Under the pieces are notes generated by a model. That model was not told where the DNA came from. It did not search any database and worked only from the letters and a program-made list of their open reading frames with translations. Positions 1 to 8,918 of a stretch of 64,000 nt of DNA are shown in pieces. The stretch lies in IMG/VR virus record IMGVR_UViG_3300019132_000038. One strand, written 5' to 3'. Position 1 is the stretch's first letter. Each line of letters begins with the position of its first letter. This stretch comes from a virus. The translations under genes were made by a program, and so were the position numbers.

Positions 1-83
1 TTTAAAGACACATTGATTTCTGGTGTATACTCATTTGAAGGAATACGTACTTCTACAGATCCTACATGAAATTTCATTTGCAT
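1..83 (-). CDS. hypothetical protein, 5' part only (runs off window start)
   Basis: ATG at 83 with AAGGGGG RBS; open frame MQMKFHVGSVEVRIP... to the window edge; not in ORF track. Confidence 0.6.
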   Translation of the reverse strand, partial: MQMKFHVGSVEVRIPSNEYTPEINVSL

Positions 84-110
84 TTTGATTTCCCCCTTAA
101 TGTAATTACT

Positions 111-134
111 TTTCACCAAATCCGCCGGAGGCGG
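111..134 (-). promoter_or_regulatory. GGA-triloop hairpin motif copy 1 (candidate phage RNAP promoter)
   Basis: TTTCACCAAAT-CCGCC-GGA-GGCGG on + strand, upstream of the minus-strand gene starting at 83. Confidence 0.55.
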
Positions 135-162
135 CTCCACTAACCAAAAGTTAGACGATCAT

Positions 163-264
163 TTACATAAAATAAAAAATCAGAAAGGTTAATATACCGG
201 AAAAACAAATCATTCCTATAATTTCTTCCCCTGAATACAATAAACCAGAATCTATATCTTTCAT
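163..264 (-). CDS. small hydrophobic membrane peptide (33 aa)
   Basis: GAGGTG RBS; MKDIDSGLLYSGEEIIGMICFSGILTFLIFYFM. Confidence 0.5.
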   Translation of the reverse strand: MKDIDSGLLYSGEEIIGMICFSGILTFLIFYFM

Positions 265-302
265 AATCACACCTCAAATTATCAAATTATCCTCTTATCA
301 AA

Positions 303-353
303 TTATCGAGAAAACCCTAATTATCGTTGAAATAACAGGGGTTTTCTCGATAA
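303..353 (-). terminator. long inverted repeat, probable terminator
   Basis: TTATCGAGAAAACCC (303-317) / GGGTTTTCTCGATAA (339-353), directly after the stop of 357..665. Confidence 0.5.
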
Positions 354-356
354 TAA

Positions 357-665
357 TTAGACTAATAATAATTCTAACTGTTTAAGTTCCTCATTAATTA
401 AACGGTGAATAAGTCGTAAAGTTGTTACCCTTTCTTCATCACCATCCAAGTTGTTAATATCTATATCAGAATAATAAAATGAGAATTCTTTAATATAACC
501 GATTATGCGCTGAGACTTTTCGGTTTGAGCCCAGTTATTTAATACCGGATAATCAATTTTCTTTAGTAGGTATAAATACTGAACAATATGAACAACCTCA
601 AAATGATCGCCAGACTCCAATTCATCTGGCAAATGCCTCATAGCTTCGCAAACCGCTAATTTCAT
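357..665 (-). CDS. hypothetical protein
   Basis: 102-aa ORF with AGGAGG RBS, co-oriented with neighbours. Confidence 0.7.
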   Translation of the reverse strand: MKLAVCEAMRHLPDELESGDHFEVVHIVQYLYLLKKIDYPVLNNWAQTEKSQRIIGYIKEFSFYYSDIDINNLDGDEERVTTLRLIHRLINEELKQLELLLV

Positions 666-679
666 ATAAACTCCTCCTT

Positions 680-901
680 CTACACAGCATGTTGTTGCAG
701 CTTCGCCATAATATCTGCTTCTAATGATTCACGATCATGAATGTAAGTAGTAAAAGCCTGTTGCAAATCTTTAGCAGATGGCTTCTGATGTAAAACAATC
801 TCTCTCATTGTGCCATTGTTATATTTAACACGAGCGATAATTGCAAAAGTATTATCTGGTTGACGCTGAATATAAAAACGAACTACTTTCATAGAAATCA
901 C
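680..901 (-). CDS. hypothetical protein
   Basis: 73-aa ORF, AGGAG RBS, overlaps the stop of the upstream gene. Confidence 0.7.
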   Translation of the reverse strand: MISMKVVRFYIQRQPDNTFAIIARVKYNNGTMREIVLHQKPSAKDLQQAFTTYIHDRESLEADIMAKLQQHAV

Positions 902-1230
902 TCCTTTGGTTTAGCAATTGGAATTAAGAGAATTTGTCCCTCACGGATTTGAGAAGAATCTTCAATACGATTGACTTTTTTAGTCAGTGTCACAAAATGA
1001 CGGGTATCCCATCCCCAAGGGACAAATGTATTCATATCTTGTACAACAGTAAAAAGAGTATCGCCCTTTTGCATGCGATACTCTATATACTCAATCTGAT
1101 AATCATTCATTTGTTCTATATGGAATACCAACATAAATACCATTAAAATCGATAAGAAAAAGAGACTGATGTTTTTCCATTTCAGTCTCTTACAAAATGA
1201 TTTTTTTCTACGTATAGTGCTTAGATTCAT
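898..1230 (-). CDS. TM-LysM protein, YneA-like
   Basis: Basic N-terminus, one TM helix, then LysM pattern (MQKGDTL...IREGQILLIP); same architecture as Bacillus YneA. Confidence 0.7.
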   Translation of the reverse strand: MNLSTIRRKKSFCKRLKWKNISLFFLSILMVFMLVFHIEQMNDYQIEYIEYRMQKGDTLFTVVQDMNTFVPWGWDTRHFVTLTKKVNRIEDSSQIREGQILLIPIAKPKE

Positions 1231-1242
1231 GTTATCCTTCCT

Positions 1243-1266
1243 TTCCACGAAATTTGCCGGAGGCTA
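1243..1266 (-). promoter_or_regulatory. GGA-triloop hairpin motif copy 2
   Basis: TTCCACGAAATTT-GCC-GGA-GGC between genes, ~20 nt upstream of ATG 1230. Confidence 0.45.
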
Positions 1267-1779
1267 TTACGTTAATGCAACTTCATACAAATCTTTTTTA
1301 CCTTTCAAGAGATATTCTGCTGAAGAATGAATAGCCACTAAACGATGTGGCTGATCACATGTAGTTTGGTTTTGCAGATGCACTTTATAAGACAAAACAC
1401 GTTCACTGTCCGTAAGGACAGCATAAATTTGTTGCCATAAATCTACATGTTGTGGAGGCTCTCCTTTCGTAGTGAGCCATCCTTGACGAACCCAGTTGTA
1501 CATATGTTTATTTAGACCGGTACTGACTTGTACAACAGATGTATAAATATGTACAAACACAGGTTTTTCTTTCTTCAATTGCAAGAGTCCATGTAAAATA
1601 GCCTGAAGCGTCATACGAGTTGGTGTCGTTCCTTTCGCATAACCACCAATGGTCTTTGTATAATGCTGACCTTGAATGCAGCAATGAAGATGAGAACACC
1701 AGCCACCGTTTCCTTCTTGGTCTGTTGTGCCGGCTACCCAAAGATTCACTTTTAATTTATCAAACTGAGCTTTACTCAT
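1267..1779 (-). CDS. RNase HI-like protein, catalytic acids absent
   Basis: Aligns by eye to RNase HI (GNGGW, TTPTRMTL, NWVRQGWLT, HVDLWQQI); probable start ATG 1779 with GAAGGAG RBS. Confidence 0.75.
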   Translation of the reverse strand: MSKAQFDKLKVNLWVAGTTDQEGNGGWCSHLHCCIQGQHYTKTIGGYAKGTTPTRMTLQAILHGLLQLKKEKPVFVHIYTSVVQVSTGLNKHMYNWVRQGWLTTKGEPPQHVDLWQQIYAVLTDSERVLSYKVHLQNQTTCDQPHRLVAIHSSAEYLLKGKKDLYEVALT

Positions 1780-1846
1780 AGATTTCACTCCTTCATTTGA
1801 ATAACAAAAAAAGCCCACACCAGAAGATGTGGACTTTATTTATGAT

Positions 1847-2122
1847 TCAAATTTTTTCATCAATGAATTTATGAATATTGCGCAAACCGTTTTGACCATA
1901 AAGAATACGAATCTTCTTATAATCTACATGACGTGGAGCGGTTTTCTTGTTATGTATTGGAATCCCACGACGATGACAATTCTTTTCAATCACATTAAGA
2001 AGGATTTTTGTGCGCTCGTATTGACCTTGATTGTAAGTACATTGAGCTTGATGAAGAATATGAAGTAAATCATCTGGCAAGAAAGATACTCGCAAACGAA
2101 ATAAACGATCAGATAAATTCAT
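1847..2122 (-). CDS. hypothetical protein
   Basis: 91-aa ORF with AGGAGGAG RBS. Confidence 0.7.
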   Translation of the reverse strand: MNLSDRLFRLRVSFLPDDLLHILHQAQCTYNQGQYERTKILLNVIEKNCHRRGIPIHNKKTAPRHVDYKKIRILYGQNGLRNIHKFIDEKI

Positions 2123-2147
2123 TTCTTACTCTCCTCCTTAGACAAAA

Positions 2148-2180
2148 TAAAAAAAGCCATCCTAAAAAGGACGGCTTTCT
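2148..2180 (-). terminator. intrinsic terminator
   Basis: AAAGCCATCCT/AGGACGGCTTT stem followed by a U-tract on the minus strand. Confidence 0.6.
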
Positions 2181-2186
2181 TAATGC

Positions 2187-2732
2187 CTATATATAAAACG
2201 TATGAATATAACGATTAAAACGTTTGGCGTACTCAATACAGTTGGCAGTTCCGCCAGGTGTTCCATCCCAAAATGCGATCACACCTTGAACAGAATCTAC
2301 CATATATTCATTTCGAATTTGCAGTTTGTAATTGCTATGTACGCCAACAGGTGTATGGATATCTCGCATGTACAATGGTGTCTTATCCACATACGTCACC
2401 AAGTCTGCTAACTCTAACATACGAGAATACCAATACAAAATTTCTGGATTTCTCCATATTTTTGGTTGCTCTTTATACGGTACAGCAACAATATTCTTAA
2501 TATGAGGATAACGTTTCTTGAGTTGCTGTACCGTAAAAAAAGCAATTTGATCAAAGCCAATCGCTCCGCCAGACATAAATTTTGTTGCTCCCTGTTGAAT
2601 TTTTTCTTCTAAAATAGGAAGCAACAAATTTCTCACAGTATACACTCCTTCATTCTTCCAGGGATCATTCCAATCAAACCCTGGAATTTTATTAGGGCGA
2701 TGACCTGTGAAACACCAAGCATCTACAGACAT
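2187..2732 (-). CDS. DUF1273/YspA SLOG-family protein
   Basis: CFTGHRP, SGGAIGFDQ, RNEYMVD, WDGTPGGT motifs; start ATG 2732 with AGGAGG RBS. Confidence 0.85.
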   Translation of the reverse strand: MSVDAWCFTGHRPNKIPGFDWNDPWKNEGVYTVRNLLLPILEEKIQQGATKFMSGGAIGFDQIAFFTVQQLKKRYPHIKNIVAVPYKEQPKIWRNPEILYWYSRMLELADLVTYVDKTPLYMRDIHTPVGVHSNYKLQIRNEYMVDSVQGVIAFWDGTPGGTANCIEYAKRFNRYIHTFYI

Positions 2733-2756
2733 GCAAAATCCTCCTTGAGAGAATAT

Positions 2757-2780
2757 TTTCACCGAACCCGCCGGAGGCGG
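2757..2780 (-). promoter_or_regulatory. GGA-triloop hairpin motif copy 3
   Basis: TTTCACCGAAC-CCGCC-GGA-GGCGG, ~30 nt upstream of ATG 2732. Confidence 0.55.
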
Positions 2781-2789
2781 TCCCACTGG

Positions 2790-2945
2790 CTAAAAGCTAG
2801 TGGGAATTTCAATAAATGATTGAAGATAATTATCACAGCCGGATTCGCAATACTTGCAATTTGGACATTCCACTGTAAAATCATCATGTAAATCTACATT
2901 TATGTGGAATTCCGTTTCGCATTCAGGACATCTAAGATACAACAT
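2790..2945 (-). CDS. small zinc-ribbon protein
   Basis: CPEC...CPNC pairs; probable ATG at 2945. Confidence 0.65.
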   Translation of the reverse strand: MLYLRCPECETEFHINVDLHDDFTVECPNCKYCESGCDNYLQSFIEIPTSF

Positions 2946-2988
2946 ATTATTCAAAATCCTCCATATACTCAAGAATATAAACCACTCC

Positions 2989-3219
2989 TTATTTCATCCT
3001 CAATAAAGCTGTATAAGCATCACTAAAACGCTTATATTTTTCTTTACTATAATCATCTTCATGGATAGCATACCAAGTTTGACTTTCTTGGTGATAACAC
3101 AATCTGCCAATATAGTAATACCCACAACGAGAACGAAGAACCAATAACTCACTTATTTGACCATCAAGTAAACGATTCTCCATTGTTGGAACAGAAGGAA
3201 TTAAACCCATACTATCCAC
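2989..3219 (-). CDS. hypothetical protein
   Basis: 76-aa ORF; downstream gene has AGGAG RBS at the junction. Confidence 0.65.
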   Translation of the reverse strand: MDSMGLIPSVPTMENRLLDGQISELLVLRSRCGYYYIGRLCYHQESQTWYAIHEDDYSKEKYKRFSDAYTALLRMK

Positions 3220-3251
3220 CCTTTCTAATATAATAAATTACAAAAAAATTT

Positions 3252-3275
3252 TTTCACCAAATTCGCCGGAGGCGA
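3252..3275 (-). promoter_or_regulatory. GGA-triloop hairpin motif copy 4
   Basis: TTTCACCAAAT-TCGCC-GGA-GGCGA, upstream of 2989..3219. Confidence 0.55.
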
Positions 3276-3753
3276 TAGCCTTTTTTTACTTTCTAAATAA
3301 AGAACACCTTGTTCGATAAAAAATAAAAAAATACGAACACTTTGTGACAATTTTGTGAACTTTTTTGAACAAGGTAGAATTTCCCCAAGTTTTGGCGGTA
3401 TATAAAGAAAGTGAACACCTTTCTTAGAAAGCAAGGGGTTGCTGTCAAAGTTATCTGACAACTGTCACAATTTTGGAATTCTATACCAGAAATTAAAATA
3501 AGGGTATTCCAAAATAGCACACTTTCAGATACATAGTACACATTCTTTTGGTGGCTTTGCGAAGCACACCAACAAGTACACCAACCGATTTCTAGAAAGG
3601 CATACCCAAAACCAAGCTAATGGGGCTGGAAGACAGCGGGGACGTATGCCCTTTTCGAAAGGACCACCCTAACGGCAAATTTTTAGGAAACATTGGGGGA
3701 TTGCTACGCATATCATCATGCATATCATATTCTCCGCCGCCCGCCGATAGGGG

Positions 3754-3777
3754 TTCCAACAAATCTGCCGGAGGCGA
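3754..3777 (-). promoter_or_regulatory. GGA-triloop hairpin motif copy 5
   Basis: TTCCAACAAATCT-GCC-GGA-GGCGA. Confidence 0.4.
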
Positions 3778-4162
3778 TTGGTCGGTGCTATGTAAACCAC
3801 GATTAGTCGGTGCTACGTAAAAGAACCAAAACTCGCCCTCCATCTCTGTGGCTCGATAGAGCCAAGAGTGATCTTGCCGAAGGCTAACAATAAAACAAGA
3901 TAAGATGAAGCGTACAAAGGTGTTATCCATCCTCATTCTCATTCCCTCCAGAAGTCAGTATTGTCAGGGTGTAACCTTATACTTCAAGCCTATAGATAGG
4001 ACAAGTCACTATCCACTAGCTCCATCCACATAAGACACCCGACACCAAAGATGGTACGAGGGAAGAGCATTCAGATGGTCATGATGAACGCTTCCATAGG
4101 GTGATTGTGCTCCACTGACACGCTCACCCCAAAAAGCGCATCAGTTTCATCGCACAAAAACA

Positions 4163-4363
4163 TTAGTCAGTAATAAATGCGACAGAAACTGCATCAGCAT
4201 TCTGAATGTCCTCCCAAGATATATTTGGTCGGACTTCAGAACACAACACAATTTCAACTACAAATACTGACATGGCTCCTCGATCCGACCAGTCCAAAAT
4301 CAAATGAACTGGCCAAATCAAAGAAGCAAATGCCAGTTCACAAATTATTTTCATGATGAACAC
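4163..4363 (-). CDS. hypothetical protein
   Basis: 66-aa ORF; GAGGTG RBS-like sequence upstream of ATG at 4354. Confidence 0.45.
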   Translation of the reverse strand: MFIMKIICELAFASLIWPVHLILDWSDRGAMSVFVVEIVLCSEVRPNISWEDIQNADAVSVAFITD

Positions 4364-4732
4364 CTCAACTGATTAATTTGTGAACCGTTATTTAACTAGA
4401 GTGGCCGTCCTCTAGTGGAGTGGTTCTTCTCCATTCCTATTCGCCTATCCCCAAATAGGAAATCCCCCTGTTAGGGCAGGTCGCATACTATGCACAGCTT
4501 GTTTTTCTCGCTATCGTGCATATTTAGCCAGGGATATTTTCAGCCTGTTAAATAGCTACTAGGACACTCTTATGCCATTCCCTAAGAACCTTGCCTAAGC
4601 AATGAATACAGGGAATAGAGAGGAATCCGCTCGCAAAAATAAAACACATCACCTCCTTTCTGATGTGAACCACACCAATCAAAACAAGAAACACCTCTTG
4701 CACTCATTGCTAGGGTTCAAGCCATTCTTAAT

Positions 4733-4770
4733 AAAAAAAAGAAAAAAGAGGAGGGCAAAACGCCCTCCTA
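4733..4770 (-). terminator. intrinsic terminator after RNAP gene
   Basis: AGGAGGGC/GCCCTCCT stem plus long U-tract on the minus strand. Confidence 0.75.
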
Positions 4771-4771
4771 T

Positions 4772-7700
4772 TCATGAATAGCGAGTAACTGATTCCAAAT
4801 AGAACGTCAATGACTTCTTATTGACTTGAAAATCCTTTACTTTTGCAACAAATCTAGTTGCACCAGTAAAGAAAGTAACATACTCTGGATAAATCGAAGC
4901 TACACGTTGCTTCTTGACATACACTTCATGACGAAGATTGCCAAGTTCATCAGCTTGAACCATAACTGCAATATGATTAGCCCAATTTTGAATCATATTA
5001 GCAACCATCTCTGGCGTATAACCCGGAGTAAAGTTACCAATGTTCACTTTCGTAACCTCAAGTTGATCAAAACGAGTTACTTGAGGTTCTTTTAATTTTA
5101 AGTGTTCTGTTCCAGACACCTTACGTAAAGCTGCAACAAATTGATGTTTAGCTACAACCCAAGGGAAACTTAACCCACGAGCAGGCTCATCCACCGTTGC
5201 GCCACGCTTCGAAGCTGAAACAGAATAAGTCATCTGATAAGCAACCAAGCCAATATAAGCTGGATCAAATTGTTCTGAAAGAGCCATAAACTCTGCTTGA
5301 CACTTTTCAGTAATAAAGTTGAGCGAATCATCTAGATCACGCTTCAACTGATTAATATATTGTTCTTTGGCATAATCACTTGCAAAAGAAATAAACTCAA
5401 GTTGAGACATTTCGGTATCAAACTTACGATACGCATTCGAAATAGCCGTATTGTACATAGATTTAATCATGCGTACATTACTTAAAACGGCCATTTGTTC
5501 CACATGAGACTGTGGCACTTCAACCACAGTGGAAATCGCACTGAGAAGATTATTCTCTGCATATTCACTTCTCAACTTCTTAATATCAGCAATAAATTCT
5601 TGTTCTTCCCATTTCAACATATATTCATGAACACGAGAAAGAACAGAATCATTCTGAATACCATTTGACTTCCCTTTTAAATGAGCGAACCAAGATGGAC
5701 TTGCCCAAACATAACGACGTAATTTCTTATTGTACGTTGCAACTTCTGCTGGTGGATTTTCAATGAAAGAAAGTTCTTCTTTCAATGCTTCTTCATATGC
5801 ACCACCATGTTTTGCACGGTCAATTTCCCAAGACTGAACCCATGCAAGTAAATCAATAAGTTCTTGGAGTTCATTCACTCTCTTAATAATCGCTTTTGCT
5901 GCTGACATACTGCCAGCTTCATAATGAGAACGACCCTTATACCACAAAGCACGAACCGCATCAGCAAGTTTCGTAGCATAATCCGTTAACTCACCAATAC
6001 GGTTTGGCTTTAACGTTTCTGCTACATACTCTAAAGATATTTCATACATCTTTAACTGTAACTCACGAGTATATTGACTCTTTGTAAAAGTAAATTTATA
6101 CTTAGACATATCCACTGTACCCTTAAATGGGCAACCATTGTCGAAGAGAATCTGCCCATTCTCTTCCCAATAGTGGATATCTAAGAAAGCAGGAGCAGAT
6201 TTGCATGCTTCTTCAACCGCTGTGACCAATTCTGGTTGAGTCATGCACAGTGATGTATCACCATCACAATCTGCTCCACCTTGAGAAATAGTATTAAAGT
6301 CATGGCACGACATAATAATCATGCCATCAAAAGCATCTTTCTTCATATAGCGTGAATAAGCACGTGCTTCAAGAACACGAGATTGCCCCATAGTCATCTG
6401 CGGATTACGAGCAACAGCTAGTTTGCCAACATACACCACATGACCATCTTTCTCTAACATAAAGCACGTACCAGGTTTAATTCCTTTATTCGGATTCACA
6501 AAAAGTTTTCCATTTTTACGAATCTCTTGATCCGTGCCACGCAACTTATACGCATCTAAAATCGCATACGGATCCATAATGATAAAACGATAATTCGCTT
6601 CAACCGGAATTAAACCCGATTTCCACTCTTTAATCAACTCTTGTAATAAAGAAAGAGCCTTTTCTTTCAAGAAAACATCTTGGTAAGAGTTCGGCGCATA
6701 ATGTAAATAAAACGACAACAAAGAAACAAGAGTAGAATCTAACAATTCATCTTGTTCCTCTTCTGAATACTCTTCAAGTTGCAACAAACGATCATGCCCT
6801 AAATACTCCTTCATCAATTCTACATCATGAAGTAACAATTTTGCACGATCCAAATGAGGTTTTAAAAGTTTAATCATAGTATCGGCACTCAATTTCATAC
6901 CATGTATAAATTGATACGGTAAACTCACATATCTCTTTTTAAAGCGCATTGGTGCTCCAAAAAGAGCCACACGGAACTGCAATTGAATATCTTCAATTAC
7001 ATCTTCCAACGTATCTGTAGAAGCTTTGAATGAAGACATTGGAATCACAATATCTTCTTCAAAATACTTCTCTAAATCTGGAATATACACAGCATTGCCT
7101 TTTACAAAACCGTTAAACAAACGAACAACACCATTCTGAAAATGACGGCCAAACTCCGCTTCCGCTAAAGTCTTAATACGATTATTGAAATACATTTGAC
7201 CATCACCGGCTACTTGTTCAATAGGATGATCAGCCGCATCAAACACACGACTTTTCTTTGTATCTTTGCCAAAAGCTTTAAACTTACCTTGTGATACTTC
7301 TGAATAAACATCTTCGACAATACGAAGAGATACATTTCCGCCGAGAATAGAAATATCACCATTCTCGTGACGTACTACTTCTTTTCCAAAACGAATAAAG
7401 TTCGACTTAACACTATTCGAAAGCGTTAAGCCAAAACGTTTCATAGCTTTGACATAATCTAATTCATAAACAATCTCACCATTTTTATCTTGGCCCTTCA
7501 CCTTCGCAAAGGCTAAAGGATTCATACCAAGAATATTCAATACATCCACAGGATGAATAATATGCTCTGCCACACCAACTACTTGGACTTGACGTTCTTG
7601 AGAAGGAGAACGCAAAGCATAACGAACCATACGTTCTACACCTTCATAATCAATATAACTCATTCCTAATCGAATAATATTCATCGCCTTTGTAATATCC

Positions 7701-8251
7701 TCTTCTTTTAACGGTTTTAAATCAATGAAGAAAACGTGAGGCAATACATATGCATACACCTCACGTTCTATAACTTCACCATCAACTATCTTTCTAACTG
7801 TCACCATACGTGGACCATCAAAAATAAATGGAGACAACATCTCTGCTGCATAAGAACCAGAAATCTCTTTATATCCTGATTTCTTATCTTCACCAACGAA
7901 GAAAGAATCAGAATAATTGCGAGTAGAAATATAACGACCATCAACAAATTCGATCGTATCTAAGTCTGCTTGTGCTACAATAACACGAATATTCTTGATA
8001 CGACGAAGTTTCTTAGGAATTGGATGAGATTCCAAGAACTTCTTAAATACATGAGCTTGTTGTGGTGCAACACCTGCCAACTCTACAGGATTCTCTAATA
8101 CCTCCACTACATTTGCACCACTCGCAACCGCTTCCACAACTTTAGAAAAGTTTTTCGTACCAATTGCCGTTAAAGGCGAAAAAGAAGCCAAGCGTTCAAC
8201 CACTTGGCTCACAGACTGAATAGGATTTAATACATTTTTCACATTGTTCAT
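4772..8251 (-). CDS. single-subunit two-barrel RNA polymerase, YonO / cellular RdRP-like
   Basis: 1159 aa; motifs RLFNGFVKG, VARNPQM and catalytic QGGADCDGD (DxDGD) in the order found in the QDE-1/RdRP-YonO family. Confidence 0.85.
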   Translation of the reverse strand: MNNVKNVLNPIQSVSQVVERLASFSPLTAIGTKNFSKVVEAVASGANVVEVLENPVELAGVAPQQAHVFKKFLESHPIPKKLRRIKNIRVIVAQADLDTIEFVDGRYISTRNYSDSFFVGEDKKSGYKEISGSYAAEMLSPFIFDGPRMVTVRKIVDGEVIEREVYAYVLPHVFFIDLKPLKEEDITKAMNIIRLGMSYIDYEGVERMVRYALRSPSQERQVQVVGVAEHIIHPVDVLNILGMNPLAFAKVKGQDKNGEIVYELDYVKAMKRFGLTLSNSVKSNFIRFGKEVVRHENGDISILGGNVSLRIVEDVYSEVSQGKFKAFGKDTKKSRVFDAADHPIEQVAGDGQMYFNNRIKTLAEAEFGRHFQNGVVRLFNGFVKGNAVYIPDLEKYFEEDIVIPMSSFKASTDTLEDVIEDIQLQFRVALFGAPMRFKKRYVSLPYQFIHGMKLSADTMIKLLKPHLDRAKLLLHDVELMKEYLGHDRLLQLEEYSEEEQDELLDSTLVSLLSFYLHYAPNSYQDVFLKEKALSLLQELIKEWKSGLIPVEANYRFIIMDPYAILDAYKLRGTDQEIRKNGKLFVNPNKGIKPGTCFMLEKDGHVVYVGKLAVARNPQMTMGQSRVLEARAYSRYMKKDAFDGMIIMSCHDFNTISQGGADCDGDTSLCMTQPELVTAVEEACKSAPAFLDIHYWEENGQILFDNGCPFKGTVDMSKYKFTFTKSQYTRELQLKMYEISLEYVAETLKPNRIGELTDYATKLADAVRALWYKGRSHYEAGSMSAAKAIIKRVNELQELIDLLAWVQSWEIDRAKHGGAYEEALKEELSFIENPPAEVATYNKKLRRYVWASPSWFAHLKGKSNGIQNDSVLSRVHEYMLKWEEQEFIADIKKLRSEYAENNLLSAISTVVEVPQSHVEQMAVLSNVRMIKSMYNTAISNAYRKFDTEMSQLEFISFASDYAKEQYINQLKRDLDDSLNFITEKCQAEFMALSEQFDPAYIGLVAYQMTYSVSASKRGATVDEPARGLSFPWVVAKHQFVAALRKVSGTEHLKLKEPQVTRFDQLEVTKVNIGNFTPGYTPEMVANMIQNWANHIAVMVQADELGNLRHEVYVKKQRVASIYPEYVTFFTGATRFVAKVKDFQVNKKSLTFYLESVTRYS

Positions 8252-8393
8252 AATGATTTCCTCCTGTTTTTATTTACTTATTAAAGAATCCTAAACCCAC
8301 CCAACCACCCGCTTGCTGTCATAAGGCGCAAGTCAACCGGACATAAAAAATAAAAACTAAAAACATAAAAAATAAATAATAAAAAATAAAAGA

Positions 8394-8918
8394 TTAAAAG
8401 ATAAAAAACTGTTGAGAGACATAATTCGCTACATTAAACAATTCATAGCGAACAGGATACTTCGTTATGCATCTTCCCTTCTTCCAAGCTTCTAATTCTA
8501 AACGCATTCTCACTTCCTTTGTCATAGATTCGGCCGAAGAATAAGAACGAATCCCCTCTGTTAATGCATGACCAACCTCATGAGACATAACAACATCCAC
8601 AAACTGTAGAACCGTCATGTGATTTAAAGAGGCAGTTAGTTTTGTAGTTTCTAAGTCAGCCAACCAATAAATAATATGGTGGGCAGGAGCATAAACAGCT
8701 ACAGCACCACTTGGCACTAAAACAGTACGTGGTGAGCCATATATAAACTTCACATCACTACCACTACGTCTAATTACATCAAAACATAAAGATTTAATAT
8801 CATCCTCTGTTACCTCCTTTACATAATTTAAGCAAGTATGAACACCAATAGATAACATATTCGCCACAAAAACACCCTTAAACATTTTTCTGATCATATA
8901 ACCCCTCCTCATACACAC
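8394..8918 (-). CDS. zincin metallopeptidase-like protein (ImmA/IrrE-like)
   Basis: SHEVGH (HExxH) with downstream LELEAW. Confidence 0.55.
   Translation of the reverse strand: MCMRRGYMIRKMFKGVFVANMLSIGVHTCLNYVKEVTEDDIKSLCFDVIRRSGSDVKFIYGSPRTVLVPSGAVAVYAPAHHIIYWLADLETTKLTASLNHMTVLQFVDVVMSHEVGHALTEGIRSYSSAESMTKEVRMRLELEAWKKGRCITKYPVRYELFNVANYVSQQFFIF

Noticed and set aside
3299-3316. AGAACACCTTGTTCG as a Bacillus LexA (SOS) box
   Set aside because: Spacing is GAAC-N5-GTTC, not the N4 of the DinR/LexA consensus.
3592-3942. 116-aa minus-strand ORF and 66-aa plus-strand ORF
   Set aside because: They run through GC-rich hairpins including motif copy 5, have atypical composition and show no homology cues; more likely non-coding.
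4772-8251. RNA-virus origin or true RNA-dependent activity of the RdRP-like gene
   Set aside because: The context is a dsDNA tailed-phage genome, and the characterised phage member of this family (YonO) is DNA-dependent.
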